From: an uncultured virus (IMG/VR IMGVR_UViG_3300022555_000019)
Taxonomy: Duplodnaviria > Heunggongvirae > Uroviricota > Caudoviricetes
IMG/VR virus record: IMGVR_UViG_3300022555_000019
DNA: 60,328 bases
Reading direction: 5' to 3' (one strand)
Shown here: positions 47,265 to 58,842 of the stretch, piece by piece
Layout: each line of letters opens with the position of its first letter
Numbering within the stretch: the stretch's first letter is position 1
Program-made: the position numbers and the translations under genes
The notes under the pieces: model-generated
What the model was told of the DNA's origin: nothing
Seen by the model: only the letters and a program-made list of their open reading frames with translations
The model's database searches: none

Positions 47265-47769
47265 AATTCTTTTTAAGAACCCACAAACTTATTGTATTGT
47301 TTATGAAATCATCCCTAAGTTTAGTTAAAGTTTCGCCAAGATAGTTTGTACCAAGCCATTTACTGCGGTCAAGGCACTCTGGGGCATCTGCATAAAATCC
47401 AATCCCCCAAATTTTGTCTTTCTTGCTACATTCAACCAATGTTGTTCCATTGGTGGCTAAAAGTTGTTTTTTTAATTCTGGATTTTGTTCGAATTTAAAA
47501 TAGCATCCAGTATAGACAACTTTCTTTGATATTTGATCCCAAGCTTTGGCATCAAAATTTTTAACTGTACGACCAAGGGCTTTTTGTTCTCTTGGGCTCT
47601 GTTCTTTCATGATCAGATCGGCAGTTTCGGTATCACCAAAGGTCATTGCTTTACAATACATCATATATTGCTCAGTACAATTGAATTTGGTACCGTTGAT
47701 ATCAACGAAATCAACTAAGTGCCAGTTGGAATATATTCCATTATAGAATAGTATAAATTTTTCGGTCAT
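47257..47769 (-). CDS. NADAR (YbiA/DUF1768) family protein
   Basis: EQYMM..KA..FGD, KALGR.V.NFD, KFEQN, LVE.S..D.IWGIG, G.N.LG..L. Confidence 0.93.
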   Translation of the reverse strand: MTEKFILFYNGIYSNWHLVDFVDINGTKFNCTEQYMMYCKAMTFGDTETADLIMKEQSPREQKALGRTVKNFDAKAWDQISKKVVYTGCYFKFEQNPELKKQLLATNGTTLVECSKKDKIWGIGFYADAPECLDRSKWLGTNYLGETLTKLRDDFINNTISLWVLKKNCG

Positions 47770-47775
47770 AATTTT

Positions 47776-48252
47776 TTATATTTTTCCTTCATAGAATTCT
47801 TTTATCCATCGAAGGTAATTCTTTTCTTGTGCTGATAAGGAGTTGATCCAAGAAATTGAATCAACTTCTATTTTATCTTTAGCTGGAAGTTGCTTGATTA
47901 ATTTTTTAAACATAGCATCACGATCATGGGTATTTAGATGTCTGGCATCTTCTTGAATACGATTATCATGATGTGCTATACATTCATCCTTATCTTCTGA
48001 AAAGTTGCAATATGATAATCCATATCCATTCAGGTATAGATGAATATTCATTGAGTCATTAAATTTACCACCAATTACTTCCCACTCAAAATAATCTCCT
48101 CCATACTGTGCTTTAACTAATTTCAAAATTTTTGCTTGAAAAAGTCCAGTATAATTGGTTATTTTATTTCCTTTATTACTTAATCGAAAAAAATAGGTCC
48201 AATATGTTTTTCCAACCTCAAGTTTATCCTTTTCGTAGCTACTTATCATCAT
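47776..48252 (-). CDS. Hypothetical protein
   Basis: ORF with TATCTTTG upstream. Confidence 0.7.
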   Translation of the reverse strand: MMISSYEKDKLEVGKTYWTYFFRLSNKGNKITNYTGLFQAKILKLVKAQYGGDYFEWEVIGGKFNDSMNIHLYLNGYGLSYCNFSEDKDECIAHHDNRIQEDARHLNTHDRDAMFKKLIKQLPAKDKIEVDSISWINSLSAQEKNYLRWIKEFYEGKI

Positions 48253-48311
48253 ATTTTTCTGATTTATAGCAAAGATATAAAAAAATGTTTAGAAAAAAAA
48301 TATATACTAAT

Positions 48312-48791
48312 ATGAGAACATACCTTCAGCATTTAGAATCGATAGAAATTAAAATACCAAAAGAAGTATTTGAGCATGTTGATAATTTCTTTTGTGAACT
48401 ATTAAAAATTAAAGACGAAGAATTACCAGATGGTACACCATCACATTTTATTTGGTATAACAAAAATTCAAGTGATAAGTTTGGCGGGGCATCGTATTCA
48501 AAATGGTATGGTGCGGATGAAAAACATTATGGTATAAAAGTGAAAGAACTTAGCTGGACAATTGATTACATGACTAATAATTTTATATTTTACATTTACA
48601 ATAATGAAGAGTCAAATCATCCACTATATTCATTGATTAGTGATTATGTTGAACATATTCTTGGCGAAAAAGGTGATTATGTACAACGAAATGTTAAATT
48701 TTATATTCCAATCAATAACATAGACATATTATTAAGATTAAATAGTAAAGCTATCCCAACATTTACAACAACAAGAAAATTCGACTTATAA
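48312..48791 (+). CDS. CTS-like/FDL-tail protein
   Basis: MRTYLQHLES...TRKFDL. Confidence 0.75.
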   Translation: MRTYLQHLESIEIKIPKEVFEHVDNFFCELLKIKDEELPDGTPSHFIWYNKNSSDKFGGASYSKWYGADEKHYGIKVKELSWTIDYMTNNFIFYIYNNEESNHPLYSLISDYVEHILGEKGDYVQRNVKFYIPINNIDILLRLNSKAIPTFTTTRKFDL

Positions 48792-49412
48792 TTACCTTCT
48801 ACCACCAGATGATCTTTGCGGTGATGGAGATTGGCGCATTTGAGGTTGAACTTTTTGAGGTTGTGAACGCTGTTGTGGTGCAGAATAACGTTCTGGCGCA
48901 ACTCGCTGTGGCGGTCTCATATATTCTTCATGGTTCTTTGGCTGTCTATAATATGGCGGCATATAACTATTAGGATTTCTTTCATGTCTATCATATTTTT
49001 GAGGGGCACTTTGATATTTTGGTTGTTGTGGTTGTACTGGTCTTTGATATTTATAATTTCCATTTCTTGGTTGATTATAATTATATCTTTTGCCATAGTA
49101 TCCATGATGATTATGATGCCAATTATAGCCATAATTATGATAACTGTGATGATACCAATAAGGATAATATGGATATTGGTTAAAATACCAATATGATGAA
49201 TAGAAATATGGGGATGGACTTATATACCACCCAGCCCAGTAATAATACTTCCAATAGTAGGTAGATATACTCCAGTCATAAACTGGTGGTAAAATATAAG
49301 TCGTTGTGTTCTGCGGCTGGGAGTATTGAAGTGCGGTGGAATCAAAATCGAATGTTTGGGAAAATGAAACGGTTGAAAATAGCAACAAAAGTAAAAGAAT
49401 GAATTTTTTCAT
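48792..49412 (-). CDS. Secreted low-complexity protein (Tyr/Trp/His-rich then Gln/Pro/Arg-rich)
   Basis: Signal peptide MKKFILLLLLLFSTVSFSQ. Confidence 0.7.
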   Translation of the reverse strand: MKKFILLLLLLFSTVSFSQTFDFDSTALQYSQPQNTTTYILPPVYDWSISTYYWKYYYWAGWYISPSPYFYSSYWYFNQYPYYPYWYHHSYHNYGYNWHHNHHGYYGKRYNYNQPRNGNYKYQRPVQPQQPKYQSAPQKYDRHERNPNSYMPPYYRQPKNHEEYMRPPQRVAPERYSAPQQRSQPQKVQPQMRQSPSPQRSSGGRR

Positions 49413-49455
49413 GTGATGTTTTGTTTTTTCCTTATATATAGCAAAACATATGCCA

Positions 49456-52400
49456 CTATAGATCAAATTGGGAAGTTTTACGCAAAATATTAAGTCTTTG
49501 ATCAAGTTCGTATACTGGCACAGTAAAAGTTACCAGTGTGATAGGTTGTGCATCTCTAAGCATTGAGTCGTGACGGGCTGCTGATAAAACTGGATTATAT
49601 CCTCTTTCATATAACGATCTAAAAAATCGTGCCATAAGGTCTAACGCATCTGGAGACGAGCCGATATAGAAATAAAACATATAATCAATTTCGGAACCAA
49701 TGAGTGTTTCATCACTTTCGGCATCTATATTGTCTCTATATTCATAATCGTAAAAACCTACCTTCTTGGATAGTCCAAATTCTCGTTTCAACTTATTACC
49801 CCATGCAATTATTTGTGCATTTGGGTCATTCCAATCGTTTACGTTATTAAATCTTTTAATCTTCATAAGTCAAATCTTTTTGTATGAACGTTTTGAATTC
49901 GAGTACCGTTTTTATTGATATTATTAATATTTAAATGGTCACAATATCCGATGAATAAGGCACTATTTGAATTCATTTGATCGGTAATTTTTAATAACTC
50001 GTTCTTTGTGATAAAAAATGCATTATTAGTATTGAGCTCACCATGATAACCACCAATATCGTTAAATTTTATATCTTTTATTTGTACATCATTTTCTTTT
50101 GTCCAAAGAACAACAGAATTATATTCATTCCCTTTATAATATAAGATATTCATATCATCAAGCTCACCACTTCTAACACTTTCATTAAATCTTTTAATTT
50201 TCATAGGTCAAATCTTTGTCCTTTTGCTTTAGCCACGAGGCTTCTAAAATAATTGGCAACATCTTCGTTCCTCATAATTGAAAGTTCTATAGTTTTAAGC
50301 GACCGAATAAGTTCAGCACTACTAATATTTTGTGCATCCCCCATCATTTTACCAACAATCTTAGTTAAATCACTATACTTCTTTGTTGGTTCTTCTTTCA
50401 TAAATATCGAAAATTGCCATGTCATATTTCTTGGTGGATCACCTTCTTTTTCCATTATAGGTAATGTAAATTGAACACGATGATAATAATTAATAATATC
50501 GTCAGTTGATTTGTTTGGCTTTTGAAATTCGTCAATAAAATTAAATTTAACAGGTATATACAATTTACGATTAGTTCCCTTATGAGCCCACATTCCAGAT
50601 CGATCTTCTGTGATAAATGGTGTTTTAGAATTATATGGTGGATGTTTTTGCCATCTTATAACATCAACATCTTTTAATACAATTCCCCAAATGTGACGAT
50701 TATTTGGACTTAAGAATTCTTGGGCAAACGATACTTTATTCATATGAAAATCTATTTTATAGAATGGGATATCGGATGAGGTTAATTCGGATTCTGGGTC
50801 ATATACCGTAACACTATGAATACCACCAAACGTATGATTTTCGCCTAATTCAAATAATTCATCACAAAATAAATCATATTTACGATTTTTTTCTGGGTCA
50901 GAATCTGGTTCTTTATCTCGTGACGGGTCCATATGAAGAACGTATTCTTTACCGCCAGTATTTTCATTAAATCTAATTATTCTCATAGGTCAAATCTATT
51001 TGTGTGACTTTTTTTAACTACCTCTGGGTTAATTTTAACATTTCGTAAAAACTCAGATTTTTTACAAAATAAAGTATATCCAAGTCTATTATTATCATTA
51101 TATATTGCTATTTTTTCTTCAAATGGTTTTTGTCTGAATTCATCAGTTTTAACATCACCTTTAATCTGCCACCCAGCCAATTCGTCCATAAGTTCATTCA
51201 AAGGTACTTGAGCTTGCTCTTCTGTTGTGAATGCTGTTACTTCATTTAATTTATTTGTATTTAAAATTATCGATAACCAACAAGATTCTTCAATTTTTTC
51301 GTTGGATTTAGCATTTACTATATAAAATTCAGTATCCATTGAACTATTCCAATATTCCAACGCTTTATTATATTCAATATACTCTGAATCTATATTATCA
51401 TTAACAATATTTATAAGGTTATTCTTTAAACTGGTTAAATCATCAGAAACTGAAGCATATAATATATCCTTTGGGATTTTACCAAATCTACTACCTTTCA
51501 TTTCAAATAAAGCAAAATGAACATTTCCACCAACACTTTCATAAAAACTTTTTATTTTCATAAATCAAATCTTTCACCTTTTGTTTTTGTAATAATCTTA
51601 TAAAAAAAATTGCTTATTACTTCATCCGTTTTTATTTTATCAATTATTTTTTCTAATGCACTTTTGAACTCATAATTTGTTTGCTCTCCAAAGAGAGTTA
51701 AAATTTTAATAATTTCATCACCGTAATTGGTATTTTCTGATCTAAGGAACGTTTTAAATGTTATTGTGAGTGGTACACTACCTTGCGCATTTGCCGTCAT
51801 ATAAGCAGTATCTAAAGTTATCTCATGTATATCATAAAAGCTTATATAATCTTTTTTATGATCTTCTTTAACTTCACCAATATATTTATAATGTACCAAA
51901 TCTGATGGTATAAACAATGTTAAGCCATCACTAACAAAATTTTTTGAGTCTTTTGGAGTTTTTGCAACAAATGGCGTACTAAGTGAAAGATCAATTTTAC
52001 GTTTTGATAAAATATCATTAAAACGTACAGCGTATGGTTCTGTACCATAAGATTGACCCTCAAGCCAACCCTGACGGGTTTGAAAAATTTCTTTCTGCTT
52101 TACTTTATCATAAAAAATTATATTTACAAGTGGTCTGCCATCAAAATTCAGAGTCTTAAGATAGTTAGGTTTTTTTGTAACCAACCCATCCTCATTTAAA
52201 TGACCATATTTAGCTAAATATTTCATAAATCGAATTGCTTTTCTCTTTTTTCTTTAATACGACCATCAATTATAAGTTGTGATAAATGAACTTTCTGCGT
52301 TTTCATTCTTGCATCATAGAAATCTATTTTAGATTCATCATTATGTTTATTCCATATATTTAATGCATCTTCAGCATGCAAAATAAGTTCATCTGGATGA

Positions 52401-54022
52401 TCCTCACGCATTTCATTAACTATTTGAACAATATAATCTTCAGCATTTTGTTTGTCTGGAAATATTGTTACCGTTCCTGGTGCATAGTCTGAATATTCAA
52501 CAACAACCCAGTATTCTTCTGGATCAAGAGTGATATCCATTCGTTGAATAGATTCGTTAAATCTTTTTATTTTCATAGATCAAATCTTTTTGTGTGAGCT
52601 CTTTTTAGTACTTCTGGATCAATTTCAATTTTATCTGTACTAATAGAAATTTTCTTATATTCAATTCCTTCGTCATTTTTACCCCATTCATCCCACCAAT
52701 CCATAGCTTCTTTTAAAGTTATAAACGATCTATCTTCTTCTTCATTAATATAATTTATTATAAAATTATCAGCATTTTTTTCTTCTGAGAAAGCAAAAAC
52801 TTCACTATCTTCACTTTTATGTAGGAATACAACAATCCAAGCCACTTGTGATCCATCATTTTTGAATTGATTCATATTTGCTTCGTTAAATCTGATTATT
52901 TTCATAGATCGAATCTTTTTTGCTCAATACTTCTAATTACTTGCCTGAAATATTCAAATACTTCTGGAGATTCTGATATTCTTCTTGTTAAATATTCCAA
53001 ATTATCTTTCCAAGCTTCAGTTATATCAACACTCCCAGTACCAAAAGGAATGAAAAATACACCATCCATATGCTTAACAACATCATCTAATGTGACAATT
53101 TTATTTTCGTTAAATCTTTCTATTTTCATAAGTCAAATCTTCCTGTATTTCTATTTTTCCATTCATTATAATATTTTGCCTGTTGAACATAATCATCAGC
53201 TTTTTCGCCAAAGGGAATTTCTTCATCATCCTTAATTTCTTCGAGGTCTTCTATTGGTGATTCTTTCAATCTTTCAATTAATAATGGAACGGAGAGTTGA
53301 ATTACATCTTCCTGTGACATATATTCTGGTGCCACAACTCTGGTCATTGGCGCAAGGCATACCAAATATGCTTTCATTGGTGGGCCATTAAACTCTGATT
53401 TTGATTCACCAACTCCAGACATTAACTTATTGTATATATTTTTAAATGCTTTTGATTCTTGAACACCATAAATAACATCCCTGTGCAAATTTTCAGTACG
53501 TGCATACTGTAAAAACATTTTCATGAATTCATCCTTAGAATTTACATGCGAAATTCCAGCAAAAGCATCATCTAAAATTCTTTTTGCATCCATTTCATGG
53601 TCTTCGGTTGTTACTTCATTTATAATAGCAACTGGAATCTCATTGATACCCATTTCTCTTGCCACCCAAGCACGATTGCGCCCTTCTTGGGACAATCTAC
53701 CATTCCTATAATCAAGATGCGGCATATCTATTATATTGCCGTTTTTCATGGCTTGCTTAATTAAGTCTATACTCATTGGACTAATTCCAGTATCAACTTC
53801 AGATTTAAATCCTTCACGAACTTTTCTTAAATATTCATCTGGTGACATTTTCACAACTTTAACTTTGATATTTTTATACCAGAATTGATAACCAGTCGTA
53901 TCATTGATAACACAATCTATATTACTAAGCCCAGTTTTTTTAGTACTAAAGCCATTTAAAACTTCTTCATCCAATAAGGAGTTTCTTTCTATATTTTCGT
54001 TAAATCTTCGTATCCTCATCAA
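49456..54022 (-). CDS. Nine tandem CTS-like/FDL-tail genes (49456..49866, 49863..50204, 50201..50986, 50983..51561, 51558..52226, 52223..52576, 52573..52905, 52902..53129, 53126..54022; the last has a ParB/Srx-like domain)
   Basis: MKIKRFNE-type starts, [RQ]FDL ends, ATGA overlaps; EGRNRA...GINEIPV in 53126..54022. Confidence 0.82.
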
Positions 54023-54957
54023 AAATTTCCTATTTCTTCAAAATTAAGTCCAAGTGTCTTACCTAATTGTTGTAATTGATTTTTATCCAATGTTGAAATC
54101 TTATTTAAAAGTTGTGTCTTTGCCAATATATTATTTGATGATTTCATCATTTTAGCAACGTCTTCAATACTACTGTTAGTTGGGGCTTCTTTTGTGGCTT
54201 GAGTCATAAGTTCTCTTGAACTATCGAAAATCATTTTATAGAATCCGTTAAACCAATTCTTTGTAGCCACTTTATATTTTTTAACATTATCAACCTGTTC
54301 TTTTTCCTGATTTTGTGTATTTTGCTGTGGTTGCTGTGTAGTCTGAGGTTTCGTATTTTGCTGTGGTTGCTGTGGTTGCTGTGGGGCTGTTGTCGCTGGC
54401 TGCTGACCATCAGCTTCCAATATCTTCATCAAAACGCTCAGATGTTCAGCGACTGACTGTTGTGGTTGCTGTGGTTGTTGTGGTTGTTGAGTTTGCTGTT
54501 TAATACCAGATTTTGCCATAATATCATTAACAATATTTTGATTTACATCTGTAGATATTTTATTTGCAAATTCTTTTTCTGGAATAGCCATAATTTGTTT
54601 AATACCAGAATTACCAAAAATAGTATCGATAGTGAATGTATCTTTATTAACTTTTAATATTACTGGTCTTATAGCAAAATATATAATTTTTATATCGTCA
54701 TTGATTAACTTATTTATCTGGTCAATACTTTCTAAGGTTTCAACTTTTCTATTAAACGTTGTTTGGTTCGCTGTTAAAAATTGGTTATAAATACGAGCTA
54801 AATTGTTTGAATTGTTTTCATTTTCAATCTTCTTCATATATTCTCCGAAATCACGATACATATCCTGATCAACACCGTTGAACAATTTAGAATATTGAGT
54901 CCTGAAATCTTCAAAAAACCCTTCATTTAAAAAAATTTCATACTTAGTTATATTCAT
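54019..54957 (-). CDS. Gln/Pro-linker protein with CTS-like N-terminus
   Basis: MNITKYEIFLNEG. Confidence 0.75.
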   Translation of the reverse strand: MNITKYEIFLNEGFFEDFRTQYSKLFNGVDQDMYRDFGEYMKKIENENNSNNLARIYNQFLTANQTTFNRKVETLESIDQINKLINDDIKIIYFAIRPVILKVNKDTFTIDTIFGNSGIKQIMAIPEKEFANKISTDVNQNIVNDIMAKSGIKQQTQQPQQPQQPQQSVAEHLSVLMKILEADGQQPATTAPQQPQQPQQNTKPQTTQQPQQNTQNQEKEQVDNVKKYKVATKNWFNGFYKMIFDSSRELMTQATKEAPTNSSIEDVAKMMKSSNNILAKTQLLNKISTLDKNQLQQLGKTLGLNFEEIGNF

Positions 54958-54965
54958 ATCAATTA

Positions 54966-56249
54966 TTATTTTGCTGCGGGTGCTGGTGCTTTAGCTGGTG
55001 CTTTAGCTGGTGCCACTTTTGCTGGAGCGTTCTTTGTTGCTGCTGGGGCTTGAGTTGTATTGGCACTTGTAGTTTGTTCTGCTGGGGCAGGGGCGGCTTC
55101 TTGTTTAAGCTTACTTCCAAGAACCCAAAATTTATTCCCACTTGTTGAATTTTCAACTCTATAATCATTTGTATGCTCTGGGTCAGGTTTTCCATCATCA
55201 CCAATACCTTTTTCACCAAGAACCTTAACCGTAATATCCTGATTTGTACTATCACTATGATAACCATAGTTCTTATCTTTTGCAATCTGTGGAGCTGCCG
55301 CTGTCTCACCTTTGGCGGCTGGCTGCTCAGTTGTTGGGGCTGCTGGCTGTTCACCCGCAGTAGGTGTCGTTGTTGCTGCGTTGGCTGGTGCAGCTTCTTT
55401 GTTAATTTCATTATCCAATACTTTCATAGCATCTGCCAAAAGTTTTTCATTTTCTTTCTTTTTTGTCATGAGAGATTGTAATTGATTCTGATCCCCGATA
55501 TCGGTATAAACTTTATACCAAAGATCATATACAAAACCACCGAATTCATTTTTAATGATTTCAGCCAATTGTTTCAATTGATTTGATGAATATTCTTTAT
55601 TCTGACTAAATTTGCCAAGAACTCCATTTATTTCATTTTCAAAATTCTTTCTTAAATCACCAATTCTATTCTGTGTTTCCTGAATCAATCTCTTTGTCTG
55701 TGGATCATTTAAATTCAACTGTTTCTTTTGATCATCTGTAACATTACCACCGCCATTAGGTTTAGCACTGGGGGACGCTGCATTAGGTGCTGCGGGTGCT
55801 GCGGGTGCTTCGGGTGCTTCGGGAGCTGAAGTATCCTCAAATAATTTTGGACCACGTGGAGTATTTACAGACGCATGTTGCGATGTAGGCGTAGTTCCAG
55901 CGGCTGGTTGATTTACAGCGGCTGGTTGCTGAGTTGCCCCACCAGTTGAAGGTGAATTAGGAACTTGACCTTGAGACGCTGGTTTAGCTTCTGTCGTATT
56001 TGGCTGCTGTGGCTTAAGTTTTTGATTAGCATTATCTACTTGCTCAACACCGCCAAGTTTTTGGAAAGCTTGCTCAATTAAAGTTTTATATTTATCAAAT
56101 ACCTTTTGCATTTCCCCACCGCCTTTAACTTTTTTTACATATTTAACTACACTGGCAAATAATTTCTGAAATATTTTACCAAAGAAGCCTTCATTTAAGA
56201 CATCTTCATGTAAAGAAACAAACTCGTCCCTTGAATATAAATTCTTCAT
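54966..56249 (-). CDS. Ala/Pro-linker protein with CTS-like N-terminus
   Basis: MKNLYSRDEF...LNEG; internal KLFE; TAATATATA upstream. Confidence 0.75.
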   Translation of the reverse strand: MKNLYSRDEFVSLHEDVLNEGFFGKIFQKLFASVVKYVKKVKGGGEMQKVFDKYKTLIEQAFQKLGGVEQVDNANQKLKPQQPNTTEAKPASQGQVPNSPSTGGATQQPAAVNQPAAGTTPTSQHASVNTPRGPKLFEDTSAPEAPEAPAAPAAPNAASPSAKPNGGGNVTDDQKKQLNLNDPQTKRLIQETQNRIGDLRKNFENEINGVLGKFSQNKEYSSNQLKQLAEIIKNEFGGFVYDLWYKVYTDIGDQNQLQSLMTKKKENEKLLADAMKVLDNEINKEAAPANAATTTPTAGEQPAAPTTEQPAAKGETAAAPQIAKDKNYGYHSDSTNQDITVKVLGEKGIGDDGKPDPEHTNDYRVENSTSGNKFWVLGSKLKQEAAPAPAEQTTSANTTQAPAATKNAPAKVAPAKAPAKAPAPAAK

Positions 56250-56286
56250 ATTCGATGATTTTTCTTTTATATATTAAAATTAAAAA

Positions 56287-58794
56287 TTAAAAAGGTAAGA
56301 ATCCAAGCACGAAATCAAATATAGTTTTAAGTATTTGGAAAAGAACATTTGGAAAATTGTTCATGGTATTAACATATGAAAGTGCATTATCCCCAATACT
56401 ATCTGTGTTTGGTGGAGTTAATGAATTTTTCTTCATTTCTGCTAATGTTGATGCTGATTTAATCTGAAATTCTTTCACTAATTCAGATTTATTGTTTTTT
56501 ATAACTTCAATGTTTATATTTATAGAATCAAATAAATTTGTAGTTGCTGTTTTAAGTGTATCAGGAAAATCGGTATTTATTTGAAGTAATGATTTAATAT
56601 TCAAAAAATAATCATCTAATACAAGTCGTAAATCTTTAGTTGAAGCTTGCTTAATATTAAAGTCGAACATTAAATTAAACCTATTTTTTAGCCCCGCCAA
56701 AGCAGTATTATTATATACGGTAAAAAATGTTGTATCTTTTAATATTAAATAATTATAGTGTGTATTTAAGAATGAATCAATATCTTGCTTCAACTTTGGT
56801 TCTTGTGGATAATTATTAAAAAATTTATTTATAACACCCAAACGCTCTGGCTCAGTAACACCTCTTATAATATTAATTTTGCCTGTTGTCCCAGAATAAT
56901 ACGTCACAATAGCATTTTCATTGACTGGCTTCGACATTAAATTATAATTACTATCATATGTTTTTGAATCAAGTGAATTAATAGTACTCATCAAATTATA
57001 TATCGCTGTTAACCCGCTACTTGTAGATAGAACATCTGGTATAAATGCATCTGATTGCATTTTATTTATTTCGGTTAATTTAGACGTTATTCCACTTTGC
57101 TTAAACGCATCTATAAAATATTTTAATTGCCAAGGATTTAATGCAGAAAATCCATCTTTTTTGGTTCCAAGATCATTTATACTTTGTTCTAATTCGGCTA
57201 CTTTATTTTCAATCTGAGTTGAAATATCGCCTGTATTATCAGTGGTCTGAACTTTAGCATTTTTCGTGAACTCTGTTAATTTTGTAATATCTTTATCTAA
57301 TGATAAATCTAACTTATTAGTTTTTATAAATGGAGCCATTTGGCTAAAAACTTTACTGAAGTTGGGAACTACAGCGTCAATAATAACGCCACTGAATATC
57401 GTCAAGCCTTCTATTGTTGGGGTTAGCATTTTAATCAAATCGCCAATTTTGCTAAAATCGAATGTTATAGCACCAATAATAGCAGATAATAATATATTCA
57501 TGAATCCAACAAGTAATTTGATTGGAAATGATGCCACATTTTTAATCATCTGAACAGTTTTTAGCTGTTGAGCAGATAACTCAGTACTTGAATTATCCAT
57601 TTCAATTTTTTCAACTACCGCATTAGTATCAACTTTATCTAAATATGGGGTATTAAACAATAAATTCATTTTAACTAAATCTGTTGGGTCGAGTTTTGTT
57701 AAATCAAATGAATCTTTATCATCTACACCATCCAATGTATGGTTCAAAGGTGGGATTGGAATAGGTACTGGAAATGCTGGAACAGCTTCACCAAGATTGT
57801 ATACAAATGTCGGGGATGGAATCTTTATATCGGCTAACGGACCCATAAATGTATCGAACATCCATTTCTTAGTATCAGTTATAAATTTAACTACACTTTG
57901 AATTAAAATTTTAAGCCCACTTACAGTATCTGTAATTTTTGTAACATTCTGTGGGTCAGTAGGATTTTTTAATAAATCTATCAAAGTTTTAACAGCTTTT
58001 AACAATACTATAACATATCCACCAAAAGTTGCGACCGCATCTGCATTCATTTTCATAAATGTTTCTAATAGTGATGGTAATCCAGGTTGCTTAAAAGATG
58101 GTAATCCCTTCGCTTCCATAAACTTATTCAATTTATCATCAGGTGCGGCATCATTTATTTTATTAGCGTCAATTTCTGGGACAGCACTATCCATTTGAAA
58201 AACCGCAAGTGTTATTTTTGCAGCCATTGGCTGAATATTTATTGCAACTGGATACGGGCTACTATTTTGACCAGCCATATAAGGTACGCCAAATTGTGAA
58301 ATATCAACAGTAACATCTTTTGGTGCTGGTGGATTATCATCCAATGCTGTACCTAACCCCGTAGCTGGAGTTTGTATTGATGGAACTGCTGGAGTTGTAG
58401 TGGCAGATAACTGTAATGGTGTAACACTTGTCGGAAGCCCACTTGGTGGCTGAACTAAAGTTATCTTTGGATTTTGTGGGAATACACCAAATCCACCTAA
58501 TTTATCATAATATGTTTGAGCAGTTTCAGTTGTTGGTTGGGCTGCGGATACATCAACCCCAGCAATGTTAAGTGATTTTAAAATTTGAATATTAGTACCA
58601 GTACTTACTGTTATATTGTCAAGTAAAGCACCAGCATTAAGTAATGCATCAAAAATTTCTACACTATTTTGTTCAACAGAATATATTATTGCGGTTTTTC
58701 CATAAACATCTGTGATGTTTAAATCGACCATAGCACTTATTTGGGCCAAAACTTCTGCAAGATCATTATTTTGAACAGCTTGAATTATTGTCAT
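56287..58794 (-). CDS. Large protein with N-terminal ankyrin-like repeat
   Basis: DLNITDVYGKTAIIYSV...LLNAGA; start reassigned to MTIIQAV. Confidence 0.7.
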   Translation of the reverse strand: MTIIQAVQNNDLAEVLAQISAMVDLNITDVYGKTAIIYSVEQNSVEIFDALLNAGALLDNITVSTGTNIQILKSLNIAGVDVSAAQPTTETAQTYYDKLGGFGVFPQNPKITLVQPPSGLPTSVTPLQLSATTTPAVPSIQTPATGLGTALDDNPPAPKDVTVDISQFGVPYMAGQNSSPYPVAINIQPMAAKITLAVFQMDSAVPEIDANKINDAAPDDKLNKFMEAKGLPSFKQPGLPSLLETFMKMNADAVATFGGYVIVLLKAVKTLIDLLKNPTDPQNVTKITDTVSGLKILIQSVVKFITDTKKWMFDTFMGPLADIKIPSPTFVYNLGEAVPAFPVPIPIPPLNHTLDGVDDKDSFDLTKLDPTDLVKMNLLFNTPYLDKVDTNAVVEKIEMDNSSTELSAQQLKTVQMIKNVASFPIKLLVGFMNILLSAIIGAITFDFSKIGDLIKMLTPTIEGLTIFSGVIIDAVVPNFSKVFSQMAPFIKTNKLDLSLDKDITKLTEFTKNAKVQTTDNTGDISTQIENKVAELEQSINDLGTKKDGFSALNPWQLKYFIDAFKQSGITSKLTEINKMQSDAFIPDVLSTSSGLTAIYNLMSTINSLDSKTYDSNYNLMSKPVNENAIVTYYSGTTGKINIIRGVTEPERLGVINKFFNNYPQEPKLKQDIDSFLNTHYNYLILKDTTFFTVYNNTALAGLKNRFNLMFDFNIKQASTKDLRLVLDDYFLNIKSLLQINTDFPDTLKTATTNLFDSININIEVIKNNKSELVKEFQIKSASTLAEMKKNSLTPPNTDSIGDNALSYVNTMNNFPNVLFQILKTIFDFVLGFLPF

Positions 58795-58842
58795 GGTATT
58801 ATATATTAATAAAATTTGGCTCACCAAATTAATATATAGCGT

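Noticed and set aside
54959..55481. Overlapping ORFs 54959..55411 and 55173..55481
   Set aside because: Shadow frames of the Ala/Pro-rich gene 54966..56249.
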